From NCBI RefSeq assembly GCF_036365525.1, contig NC_090411.1, positions 33,450,804 to 33,514,803 on the forward strand: a DNA stretch of 64,000 bases. Reading direction: 5' to 3'. Positions 1-11,164 of this stretch are shown here, piece by piece. The translations under genes and the position numbers were made by a program. The stretch is from Heterodontus francisci. Lineage: Eukaryota. The notes below the pieces were generated by a model. It had not been told where the DNA came from. It searched no databases and worked only from the letters and a program-made list of their open reading frames with translations. Numbering within the stretch: position 1 is the stretch's first letter; each line of letters opens with the position of its first letter.

Positions 1-401
1 CAGCGCAAAGAGTTGTCCATGACCGAATGTTGCAGACTGGCACATTCCAAGGTCCAGGACTACATGCTGAGGGACGCACTAAAGCTTGGGGCAGCCGCAG
101 CAAAGGCTCAATAGGGAAAGACCACAGTGTAAGGTCCCCCCCACCAAACTGAACTGAGGGGCTGGATCCATGGGAAACCCCTCGAACTGTATCGGGAAAA
201 TTTTCATTTGCTGTAAAATATAAAAATGTAATTGGCATGACAAATGTGAAATGGAAGGGTTGTGAGGCAACCCATGATTGTAATGAAGGAAACTGATCAC
301 CTTTGCACTGTTAGTATTTTTTGACTTGGTGCTGTTTGAAACTGGTAATGTAATTTTTACAGATTTTTATGAATAAAGTATATTTTGGAAATTAAAAAAA
401 A
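1..401 (+). mobile_element. 3' end of an L1/Tx1-clade LINE (ORF2 C-terminus, 3' UTR, AATAAA, A-tail)
   Basis: Translates QRKELSMTECCRLAHSKVQDYMLRDALKLGAAAAKAQ*GKTTV*, nearly identical to the C-terminus of the element at 22711-24655. Has a premature TAG and ends aataaagtatattttggaaattaaaaaaa. Confidence 0.85.
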
Positions 402-1609
402 GTATTCCATCAGTATTACACTGGAGTGTTAGCACCTCTCAGTACTGTATCAGAGTGTCAGTACTCCCTCAGTATGGGATGCATGAGAGTGATTCCTTGT
501 TTGCAGCAAATTTGAACCATTGAGGATGTTCAGTAAACTCGCAGTAGACTGTCAAGATGGGGTTGGGGAAGTGGGGAATTCAAAATCACAAAATTATAAC
601 CCTGTGCTTTTTTTTGTGGATTGGTGAAAGGGAAGGGCGGAGAAACAAATTCTCAATTGGTTGAGCTGCCTCTGTGCCTCACTGATTTCTTCATAAGTCT
701 ACTTGTTGCCAGAAGGTCCCGTTAACATTACATTATTAAGCCGCTATATTGGGGTCTTCCCACTTTGTAGCACAGTTGGCTGTACCTGGATGAGATCTTC
801 ACTGAGAAGTTCCGAATTCTCACTTCTGGAAAGAAAGCAGGGAGAAAAAAAACAAGATCAGCACTGGGATTAACTCAAAAATTATTTCTGACAGCCGTGA
901 CGTTGCAAGGAATCTGGTACATTGCATTTTCATCAAATGTTTACAAAATATTGCACAGCCTTTCCAATTGGGAATTTGCATATTGCCAATTTTGGGTGCA
1001 GCTAGTATGATTTTCCATTGTGGGAAGCATCCGCCCAAAATTACAGTAGCTGCTCCCATTGGGCGAGAGTCTGCACCAGGAGCCAGAATCACATGCCCAG
1101 TAAATCTAATCTCCATTTCCTTCTGTTGGGACCTAGAAACAATCCTGTTTGAACATGGAAATGAATGGAAACAGAATTGAAGGATGGACCCTAATATCAG
1201 AAATGAAGACAGGATCAGGACTTGATACTTGGGCATCCTTTATCCAGATCCAGTGAAGAACATTGGGATAATTGTCTCCAGACATTGGAAGGATGTCCAA
1301 GTACATTCACTTGTACCATGCCCATTCCATCTATTGCCATCTACACTGCATCCCAGCAAAGTCTCTCTGCACTAGTCATCCTATAGCCCCATGGTAACTC
1401 AGGTCTTTGGGACACTCCAGCTTCATTTTATGCAGCACCCGAACACCCAGTAGACTGAGAATACTATAATCTGGACTGGATTCGGACCAGAATTCCAGAA
1501 ATGAACAACACCAAGGTCTAAAATCACTGATAGGAATTTTGGAAGGGTAGGTTAGATACAACAATAGTTATCCCCTGCCCAGAACATTAACACGTTATTA
1601 TATGTGTCA

Positions 1610-2040
1610 ATCTTGGCTCGTTAATAGCATTCTTGCTTCTGACCATTGGGTTCAATTCCCAATCCAGAGTCTTGAACATAGAATCGAGATTGTCATTTCC
1701 AGTGCAGTATTGAGGGAGTGCTACAATGTCAGAGGTGCCATCTTTCGGATGAGATGTTAAACCAAGGCCCCATGTGACCTAAATGTAAAAGATCCTATGA
1801 CATTATTGTGAAGAGCAGGGGACATCTCCCTGGTGTCCTGGCCAACATGAACCAATATCACTAAAACAGATTATCTGGTCTTTTGTCACATTGCTGTTTG
1901 TGGGAGCTTGCTGTGTGCAAATTGGTTGCTGCGTTTCCTACATTACAACAGTGGCTACACTTCATAAGCACTTTTCATTGGCTGTGAAGTATTTTGGGAC
2001 ATTCTGTGAAAGGTGCTACAGCCATGCAAGTTCCTTCTTG
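1610..2040 (+). mobile_element. tRNA-derived Deu-domain SINE (SacSINE1-like), degenerate
   Basis: B-box-like gggttcaattccc and core ttgctgtttgtgggagcttgctgtgtgcaaattgg. Related copies at ~15370-15620(-), 18440-18870(+), 36840-37400(+), 41470-41860(+), 45740-46030(-), 62760-62860(-). Family name is from memory. Confidence 0.65.
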
Positions 2041-2214
2041 TAAAATCCACTGTATTGTGCAAGACCTCTTACCATGCATCCATTCTCAATATTGAGTTCT
2101 ACAGGTTTGATTCCATCTCCTTCCCCCTCTATAGCCACACACTCTGTGGCTAGAGTGTGAGATCATCCACAGCATTAATGTCTTGAGAGGCAGTAACTAA
2201 GGTTTAACGATGGC

Positions 2215-2672
2215 AACCTCTACTTCATGTTTCAATTCTAATTCCCTCGAGTATAGAAGATTAAGGGGTGAGCTAATTTGGGTATTTAAGATGATTAAAG
2301 GATTTGATAAACTAGATAGAAAGAAACTGTTTCCTCTGGCGGGGGGTGGGGGGGGGGGGGGGGGGTGGGGGTGGGAATCCAGAACAAGGGGACATAACCT
2401 GAAAATTAGATCCAGGCCATTCAGGAGTGATGTCAGGAAGCACTTCTTCACACAAAGGGGAGTGGAAATCTGGAACTCTCTCCCCCCAGAATCTATTGAG
2501 GTTGAGGGTCAATTGGAAATTGCAAAATTGAGGATAGATTTTTGATGGGTAAGGGGATTAAGGGTATAGAACCAAGGAGAATAGGTGGAGTTAAAATATG
2601 CATCAGCCATGACCTAATTGAATGGCAGAACAGGATAGAAGGGCTGATTGGCCTCCTTCTGTTCCTATGTTC
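2215..2672 (+). mobile_element. CR1-clade LINE 3' fragment
   Basis: SLEYRRLRGELIWVFKM...TRGHNLKI...RKHFFTQRGVEIWNSLP is the typical CR1 ORF2 C-terminus, followed by a ggcctccttctgttcctatg tail. Confidence 0.85.
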
Positions 2673-3002
2673 TCCTTGGAGTCAATAAAATGCAACCACT
2701 AGCTGCTATGACATGTTCATTGGAATGGTTTCCATTCTAGATGTGGCAGTTCCCACACATCCATGAAGATCCCTTTTTTTTTTGTTAGGTTTCTAGAAGA
2801 ACTGAGAGGCTCTGCCTGTAGATGATCTTGAGGGCTGTACAATCAGTGAACACTACAAGCATAATGGAGAGGAGGAAATAGCCAGTGTTCACAACATTTG
2901 TTCACTCGCACCAAGGACAGCAACAATAACGACAACAACTTGCACTTATATAGCACCTTAAATGTAGTAAAACATCCTAATGTGCTTCAGAGGAGCAATA
3001 TC

Positions 3003-3264
3003 TGTCGTATAAGGATGTAAAGGGTTAATACCAAAGACAGTAAGAGAGACCCCACCCACTGTATGAGTGATGATGTAACAGTCACATGAGATAGGCTTGA
3101 GTAGAAGAAGGTATAGCAGCACGAAGGATGCTAGCCTAGGTGGCTTGTGGAGAGTGTATATAGTAACTGTAAATAATAGAGTTGCTGTTAACCTTTACTG
3201 GAGCGTAAGATTTTCTCTCTAGAATGTCCTACAATGCGACTAATACAAATTCAATAACGCAACA
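3003..3264 (+). repeat. 5' LTR
   Basis: Direct repeat of 5617-5877, starts TG and ends CA. Confidence 0.9.
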
Positions 3265-5616
3265 TGGCGGCAATGGGTGAAAGCAAACAGGAGAATTTGC
3301 AGATCTCCTTACCTTTGGAAGAAACACCAGGGGAACAACAGAGAAATTTAAAGATAACTACTGGCCCAGTACAGTATGAAAACTACTTACCAGCAGAAGA
3401 GGCTGTGAAGAGTTCTGCAGCCTCTCAGACCACACCACAGCAGATGGGGATCTGCATCGGTACTTCCAGCACATCCAGCGGTCGGGTCCGACCCCTCATG
3501 CCGAGCAACAATCCAGGAACGGTGAGGCAATGAAACCGGCCATTTATTTAAATGGCACACTGGTAAGAAAAATTCAGGCGCAGAATGCAATCTCAGTTGA
3601 ATCAGCGACTGGGGAGGAGAATACAGTCGGTAGCCATTGCTCAGCCTCGCCGAGGAGAAAAAGCACGGTAATCGTCGGAAAGTGTGGGATAGGTCAGGCA
3701 GCGCGGGTAAGCTCCGAACACATTGTGAACACCTCAAGCCAAGCCTGAAAAATTGAAAATTAAAGGGGAACACCCTAGCAAAGACAAGCAAACAAAAGGG
3801 AGCAATATGGATCCAAAATTGGGGATGCCTGAGAGTTTCCAGAATCAAGAAGGTCCCAATAAGGTCCAAAATTGGCTAATAGGGAGAACAAAGTTCTTAA
3901 GATTCATAATTGCTTCTCAATTCCAGACCAGATCTGAAGTCAACACCTTCCTGTATTCAGTAGTAGTGATAGCGGACGATGTAATTGTCCGACAAAGGAT
4001 TAACGAGGCTACCGATAAATTCGAAGAGGTTCTCCAAGCCTTTGATCATTTTAGCCTCCGTGCCAATAAAATCTTGGAAAGAGCCAAATTTAATAAGCGG
4101 GCGCAGATGATTGGCAAATCCGTAGACTCCTATATTAAAGACCGGTATAGATTGGCAGAAGGTTGCGAATACTGTGAAGTAAAGGCAGAACAAATCAGAG
4201 ACTGGATAGTCATCGGCATAACAGATGAATCCTTGTCAGACCTGTTACAATTCAAGGAAGACCTTACACTGGAAAAGGCCACTTTTAGACAGGCAGAAGT
4301 TCTCAAACAGAATAGGGACATCCTCCGAGCTGAAGACAGCTGTGGATGAGAAGGAGTCCAATGCCTGTCCAACTAGTTAAGCCAAAGTCAGGGAAACACT
4401 TTGAGGAACATAAAAAACATACAGGTGAGAAGGGGCATGAAATAGGAAAAATTTGCCAACACTGTGGAGCCAAGAAGACCCACAGACGACAACAGTGCCC
4501 AGCAAGTAAAACTGAGTGTTTTAAGTGTGGGAAACTTGGACACTATGGGAAGATGCGCCATAGCAAAATTTCTGTGCTTAAAAGGTACAAAGCAGAAGAC
4601 CATCACACAAAGAGCAGTGAATCAAGCACAGCAATACCCACAAGAGAATGAACCAGGAGAGTTCTTGGGAGAAATCAGTAATCCAGACCAAGATTTCTGG
4701 ACAACAGTCATCTATGTGAATGGTCACCTCACGAATTTTAAGCTTGGCACAGGGGCTAGCATCATGGTACTGTCTGACCAACTTGGGTGAAGAGACATTA
4801 CCTGCAACCGACAGATATACATTTGAATGGTCCAGGCGGGACACAACTGCGAGTAAAAGGCAAACTCCAAGCAACTCTTCAGCATAGAAGCAGACAACCG
4901 GTAGAGACATTATATGTCTTAAACAATCAAGAGTTTTACCGAGCAGGAATGCATGATTGGAACTGCAGTTGATTAAAAAGATAGCCAAAGTCAAGCAAAC
5001 AGAGGTAAACAATTCCTTATTATCACCAGCAGAATTACTAATGGGAAGAAAGTTAAGAACACATCAATTAATTCCTGGATTGAAAACTCAAGACTGCGAG
5101 AAAGTTTGAGAAAGAGAAAACTCCTACAGAAGGAAACAGGAGATTTACAAAGGGGATTTTGAGCAAGAAGCTTACCCAAATTAAACAATAGTTAAAAAGT
5201 TTGGCTATGTGACCTGGAATGAGAAGGCACTGTAATCCATAAACATGAGGACTAACAGCGATCAGATGTTATACGAACAAATGAAGGGAAGATATGAAGG
5301 AATCGGAGGAATATCGTTCCTATTCTGCAAAAGCAACAGCCAATAATTCATCTGCAAGATCCGGATGAAGACGAACAAACCCAAACCGAATGGAATACTA
5401 CAACCCGTAGAAACGAAAAACCAAGTCAGCAACCCAGACGTCCTACGAAGACTACTGATCATCCCAGACAGATTACAACCAGATCAGGGACAGTTGTCAA
5501 ACCTCTCTGATGAGACTGAATCTGTAAAGACAGAGACTTGGGGGGAGAGAGAGTAGTAGAGAAGTCATAAATGTATATATGTTTGAAAAAATGTTGGATA
5601 AAGACTTAGGGGGAGA

Positions 5617-5877
5617 TGTAATATAAGGATATAAAGGGTTAATAGCAAAGACAGTGAGAGAGACTCCTCCCACTGTACGAGTGATGATGTAACAGTCACA
5701 TGAGATAGGCTTGAGAAGAAGAAGGTATAGCAGCACGAAGGATGCAAGCTTAGATGGCTTGTGGAGAGTGTATATAGTAACTGTAAATAATAGAGTTGTT
5801 AATTAACCTTTTCTGGAATCTAAGACTTTCTCTAGAATGCCTTACGATGCTACTAATACAAACCTGACAACGATACA
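5617..5877 (+). repeat. 3' LTR
   Basis: Direct repeat of 3003-3264, preceded by a polypurine tract. Confidence 0.9.
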
Positions 5878-6489
5878 ATATCAAACAAAATTTAACACTG
5901 AGCTACGTAAGAAGATATTAGGACAGGTGACCTAAAGCTTGATTAAATAGGTAGGTTTTAAGGAGCATCTTAAAGAAGTAGAGAGGTGGAGAGGTTTAGA
6001 GAGGGAATTCCAGAGCTTAGGGCCTAGTAGCTGAAGGCACAGCTGTCAATGGTAGTGATTAAAATCAGGGATGCACAAGAGGCCAGAACTGGAGGGACGC
6101 TGAGATCTCAGAGGGTAGCAGGGCTGAATGAAGTTACAGAGATAGGGAGGGGAGAGGCCATGGAGGGATTTGAACACAAGGTTGAGATTTTTTAATTTGT
6201 AATGTTGGTGGACCGGGAGTTAATGTAAGTCAGTGGGCACAGGTGTCGATTGGTGAACGGGACATGGTGTGATTTATAATACAGCCAACAGAGTCTTGAA
6301 TGAGCTGAAGTTTACAGAGGGTGGGAGATGGGAGGTTGGCCAGGAGAGTGTTGGAATTGTCGAGTCTGGAGGTCACAAAAGCATGGATAAATGTTTCAGC
6401 AGCTGTTATGCACAAATAATTGTGATTAATGGTGTATCTCACCACAATGACCAGTCTGACACCTCTTCCTGCTTGGCTGAAATTCCACT

Positions 6490-7510
6490 AGTCCTGTCTC
6501 AGAGAGACACCCGGATCCAGCTTGACCAGCTCTGTCTCAGAGAGACACCCGGATCCATCTTGACCAGTCCCGTCTCAGAGAGACACCTGGATCCATCTTG
6601 ACCAGTCCCGTCTCAGAGAGACACCCGGATCCATCTTGACCAGTCCCGTCTCAGAGAGACACCTGGATCCATCTTGACCAGTCCCGTCTCAGAGAGACAC
6701 CTGGATCCATCTTGACCAGTCCTGTCTCAGAGAGACACCCGGATCCATCTTGACCAGTCCTGTCTGAGAGAGACACCTGGATCCAGCTTGACCAGTGTTG
6801 TCTCAGAGAGACACCCGGATCCATCTTGACCACTCCTGTCTGAGAGACACCTGGATCCAGCTTGACCAGTCCTGTCTCAGAGAGACACCTGGATCCAGCG
6901 TGACCAGTCCTGTCTCAGAGAGACACCTGGATCCAGCGTGACCAGTCCTGTCTCAGAGAGACACCCGGATCCATCTTGACCACTCCTGTCTCAGAGAGAC
7001 ACCTGGATCCAGCGTGACCACTCCTGTCTCAGAGAGACACCCGGATCCATCTTGACCAGTCCTGTCTCAGAGAGACACCCGGATCCATCTTGACCACTCC
7101 TATCTCAGAGAGACACCTGGATCCAGCGTGACCAGTCCTGTCTCAGAGAGACACCTGGATCCGGCGTAACCAGTCCTGTCTCAGAGAGACACCTGGATCG
7201 GGGGTGACCAGTCCTCTCTCAGAGAGACACCTGGATCCAGCGTGACCAGTCCTGTCTCAGAGAGACACCTGGATCCAGCGTGACCAGTCCTGTCTCAGAG
7301 AGACACCTGGATCCGGCGTGACCAGTCCTCTCTCAGAGAGACACCTGGATCCAGCGTGACCAGTCCTGTCTCAGAGAGGCACCCGGATCCAGCTTGACCA
7401 GTCCTGTCTCAGAGAGACACCTGGATCCAGCGTGACCAGTCCTGTCTCAGAGAGACACCTGGATCCAGCGTGACCAGTCCTGTCTCAGAGAGACACCTGG
7501 ATCCATCTTG
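6490..7510. repeat. 38-bp tandem minisatellite, about 27 copies
   Basis: Unit approx. accagtcctgtctcagagagacacctggatcca(tct/gcg/gct)tg. GGATCC recurs at 6551, 6589, 6627 and onward (period 38). Confidence 0.95.
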
Positions 7511-7614
7511 GGGAGACCCATTCCCAAACAGTAAGCCAACGGGGAAAGGAAAATCTCTACTCTCCAATTATTTAAATTCAGCTCAGGCAGGGAAAGTGTT
7601 AAACTTTGCGAACC

Positions 7615-8890
7615 ACATTTGCAGATGATACAAAACTTGGAAATGTAGTAAACAATGAGGAGGATAGTAACAGATGTCAGGAAGACAGAGACAAACTGGC
7701 GAAATGAGTAGATGTACCAGATGAAATTTAATGCAGAGAAGTGTGAAATAATAGATTTTAGTAGGAAGAATGAGGAGAAGAAATGTAAAGCAAGTGGCAC
7801 AGCTTTAAAGGGGGTGCGGAGAAACCCGAGGGCTTAGGTACACAAATCTTTGAAGATGGCAGGACATGTTGAGAAGGCTGTTTAAAAAGCATATGGGATT
7901 GTTGTCTGTATTATTAGAGGAATAGAGTACAAAAACAAGGAAGTTTTGTCAAACCTTTATAAAATTCTGGTTCGGCCTCAGCTGGAATATTGTGTTCACA
8001 GTGGCGCAGTGGTTAGCACCGCAGCCTCACAGCTCCAGCGACCCGGGTTCAATTCTGGGTATTGCCCGTGTGGAATTTGCAAGTTCTCCCTGTGTCTGCG
8101 TGGGTTTCCTCCGGGTGCTCCGGTTTCCTCCCACATGCCAAAGACTTGCAGGTTGATAGGTAAATTGGCCATTAGCAATTGCCCCTAGTATAGGTAGGTG
8201 GTAGGGAAATATAGGGACAGGTGGGGATGTGGTAGGAATATGGAATTAGTGTAGGATTAGTATAAATGGGTGGTTGATGGTCGGCACAGACTCGGTGGGC
8301 CGAAGGGCCTGTTTCAGTGCTGTATCTCTAAAACTAAAAACTAAAACACTTTAGGATTTACTAGAATGGCACCAGGGACTTTAGTTATGTGTCGAGACTG
8401 GAGAAGCTAGTGTTGTTTTTAGAGCAAAGGAGGTGGTGGGGAGATTTGATAGAGGTGTGCAAAATCATGATGTATTAAATAAGGAGAAACTGTTCCCAGT
8501 GTGAGAAGGGTCAGTAACTAAGCAATGAAGGGATAAGCTGCTGGGTTAAAGAAGTGGAGTGAGATAGAAGATCAGCCAGAAATGTATTGAATGGCGGACA
8601 GGCTCAAATGGCTGTATGACCTAGTCCTGCTCCTATTTCGTATGTTTTTATAACCAGAAGACACAGATTTAAGGCGACTGGTAAAAGAAGCAGGGAGACT
8701 TGAGGCATGAAGATTTTTTTTCTCACAGTGAGTTGTGATCTGGAATGCACTTCCTGAAAACGTGGTAGAAGCAGATTCAATAGTAACTTTCAAAAGGGAA
8801 TTGGATAAATACTTGAAGTGAGAACATTTTCAAGGTGCTGGGGACAGAGCTGGGGAGTGGGAGTAGTTAGATAATGTTTTTAAAGAGCTG
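7615..8890 (+). mobile_element. CR1 LINE 3' remnants, interrupted by a SINE
   Basis: tttgcagatgatacaaaa (FADDTK), LYKILVRPQLEYCV and a CR1-type 3' region. Confidence 0.75.
7999..8346 (+). mobile_element. V-SINE (HE1-like), full length
   Basis: tRNA-like head (tggcgcagtgg A box, gggttcaattc B box), V-domain ctgcgtgggtttcctccgggtgctccggtttcctccc, tail gtgctgtatctct(aaact)n. Confidence 0.85.
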
Positions 8891-9830
8891 GAAATCTGGA
8901 ATAAAAAAGGAAATGCTGGAAATACTCAGCAGGTCTGGCAGCATCTGTGGAGAGAGAAACAGAGTTAACGTTTCAGGTCAGTGACCTTTCATCAGAACTG
9001 GAAAAAGTTAGAAATCTAATAGGTTTTAAGAAGGTCAAATAGGAGAGGGTGGAAAAAGAACAAACGGGAAGGTCTGTGATAGCGTGGAAGACAGGAGGCA
9101 TTACATTTTTAAAATTTTATTTAGAGATACAGCACTGAAACAGGCTCTTCGGCCCACCAAGTCTGTGCCGACCAACAACCACCCATTTATACTAACCCTA
9201 CATTAATCCCATATTCTCTACCACATCCCCACCATTCTCCTACCACCTACCTACACTAGGGGCAATTTACAATGGCCAATTTACCAACCAACCTGCAAGT
9301 CTTTGCCGCCCATGACAAAAGAGTTGGTGGGGCAGAGTCAAAGGGAGTAATAATGGGACAAGTAAAGAGACAAAAGATGTGTCCAGAGGAGGTGTGAATG
9401 GCAGAATAATGAACAGCTGACACCCGAAAGCAAAAACAAGAGAAAAACAAGGTTAAGACCAAAACCTGCAAAGAAAAGGAAACAAAATGGGGGCAGAGAT
9501 TACAGTCTGAAATTGTTGAACTTAATGTTGAGTCCAGAAGGCTGTAAAGCGCCTAATTGAAAGATGAGGCGCTGTTCCTTAAGCTTGCGTTGAATCTTCA
9601 TTGGAACACTGCAGGAGGCTGAGGACAGAGGTTAGCATGAGAGCAAGGTGGAGAAATAAAATGACAGGCCACCAGAAGCTTAGGGTCATGCTTGCGAACT
9701 GAATGAAGGTGTTCCGCAAAGTAGTCACCCATTCTGAGTTTGGTCTCCCCAGTGTAGAGCAGACTGCATTGTGAGCAGCGAATACAGTATACCAAATTGA
9801 AAGAAGTACGTGTAAATCCCTGTTTCACCG
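8890..9830 (-). mobile_element. Penelope-like element 3' remnant (GIY-YIG endonuclease and terminal repeat), with a SINE fragment inserted at ~9105-9305
   Basis: NLVYCIRCSQCSLLYTGETK...FAEHL...VACHF is the PLE GIY-YIG pattern. The terminal repeat is shared with copies near 32300, 42450, 55310, 62230 and 63030. Confidence 0.8.
8963..8999 (-). ncRNA. Minimal type I hammerhead ribozyme motif in a Penelope-like terminal repeat
   Basis: Minus strand reads AGUU-CUGAUGA-A-AGGUC-ACU-GACCU-GAAA-CGUU-AACU: intact core, stem I (AGUU/AACU), stem II (AGGUC/GACCU) and palindromic AACGUU in place of stem III. Confidence 0.7.
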
Positions 9831-10234
9831 CCAGGAAATCCCACCTTGCTTTACTCGAGACTCCAGATTAGGGTCAATCAGGGCACTTCAGAGGGCAGAT
9901 TAAGGCCACCCATATTGGTGGGGGACTGCTGTCAAATGTAGGCCCAGGTCACTGGGTGGGCAGCAAGATCGGCTGGTTCAGATACTGGCCAAGGACCTCA
10001 ACAGAGTCCGTATGAGAGGTGAGGCAATCAGGATGGTGGGGTTTGGGGGTATTGGCTGGCAATGGCAGTGGTTTTAATGTGAAGCAATCCCAGCTTCAAA
10101 TTTGGTCAGTACAAAACTTTAAAACTTGCTTTTTGTGAGGCAACATCCCGTGGTCCCTGAAAGAATGCTTGCTTTGGTCACTGCACACCTGAGGATGCAC
10201 GGCACGAGCTGTGGTCATTCCCAGTCCAATTTTG

Positions 10235-10560
10235 TTTTATTCATTCGTGGGATGTGGGCGTCGCTGGTTAGGCCAGCATTTATTGCCCATCCCTAATTGC
10301 CCTTGAGAAGGTAGTGGTGAGCTCCCTTCTTGAACCACTGCAGTCCATGTGGGGTAGGTACACCCACAGTGCTGTTAAGAAGGGAGTTCCAGTATTTTGA
10401 CCCAGCGACAGTGAAGGAACAGCGATATAGTTCCAAGTCAGGATGGTGTGTAGCTTGGAGGGGAACTTGCAGGTAGTGGTGTTCCCATGCATCTGCTGCC
10501 CTTGTCCTTCTAGGTGGCAGAGGTCACTGGTTTGGAAAGTGCTGTCGAAAGAACCTTGCT
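10235..10560 (-). mobile_element. 3' end of the LINE family also present at 20074-21846
   Basis: Near-identical to 21530-21840 (reverse complement). Confidence 0.85.
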
Positions 10561-11164
10561 GAGTTGCGTGAAGGGCCCCAATTTGCATCTACAGAGGAGC
10601 CCAACCAATATGGCAGGCAGTGCACTTCTGCCACAGAATAACCACGTGCATGCCACCTTCCATATTGGTCACTAAGGCACCCATTGTACGCCTGTCAAAC
10701 AGGCACAGCACGATCCAATTTCTGGGCCTCAATCTTAGGGATTGATACTGAATTTGTTAAAGACATTGGTTAGACCAATGTGGTGTACTGGATACTAGTT
10801 CTGGGCACCTCTCTGTAAGAAGGATAATGGAGTCAAGAAAAGGGGAGGGTGAAGGTTCAGTAAAATGAGACCAGGAATGAAGATTATCGTTATCAAGAAA
10901 AGCTTGAGAAAAGTTGAAACTTTTTGCTGTGGTACTGAGCTGCTTAAGAGGGGAATCGAGGTTTTCAAAATTAGGACGGTCTTTGAGAGTGTAAAGAGTA
11001 AGAGATTTATTCCACTGGTTGATGATTTGTGAACTAGAGGAACTGTTCGAGATTTAACACTTAGAGGACAAAGGGGGACGTTTAAAGGAATTCTTTTCAT
11101 AGTCTTATTAGAATAGAATGCTTTGCCACAAGCATTTTGACTGTAACATCATTTGAAAGGATCG

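Larger units (their letters stand above)
3003..5877 (+). mobile_element. Ty3/Gypsy LTR retrotransposon, internally deleted and decayed
   Basis: Two ~260-bp TG...CA LTRs (3003-3264, 5617-5877), 5-bp TSD ATATC (2998-3002, 5878-5882), PBS-like tggcggcaatggg at 3265, PPT agggggaga ending 5616. Gag remnants (ERAKFNKRAQ, QIRDWIVIG, knuckle CFKCGKLGH) and a degenerate protease (FKLGTGA). No RT, RNase H or integrase core seen. Confidence 0.9.
2930..6405 (-). mobile_element. L2-clade LINE 3' fragment, split by the Gypsy insertion at 3003-5877
   Basis: ORF 6230-6445(-) AETFIHAFVTSRLDNSNTLLANLP...LQLIQ is an L2 ORF2 C-terminal motif. The sequence runs continuously across the ATATC TSD into an (aac)n tail at ~2920-2940. 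Confidence 0.7.

Noticed and set aside
820-1236. 138-aa minus-strand ORF
   Set aside because: No recognisable motif, no convincing donor or partner exons, and the length is compatible with chance.
6490-7510. CRISPR-like array of palindromic repeats
   Set aside because: Units are head-to-tail with no unique spacers, there are no cas genes, and the context is eukaryotic.
7999-8065. tRNA gene (also at 32883 and 59180)
   Set aside because: The A/B boxes run straight into SINE bodies and no complete cloverleaf was seen.
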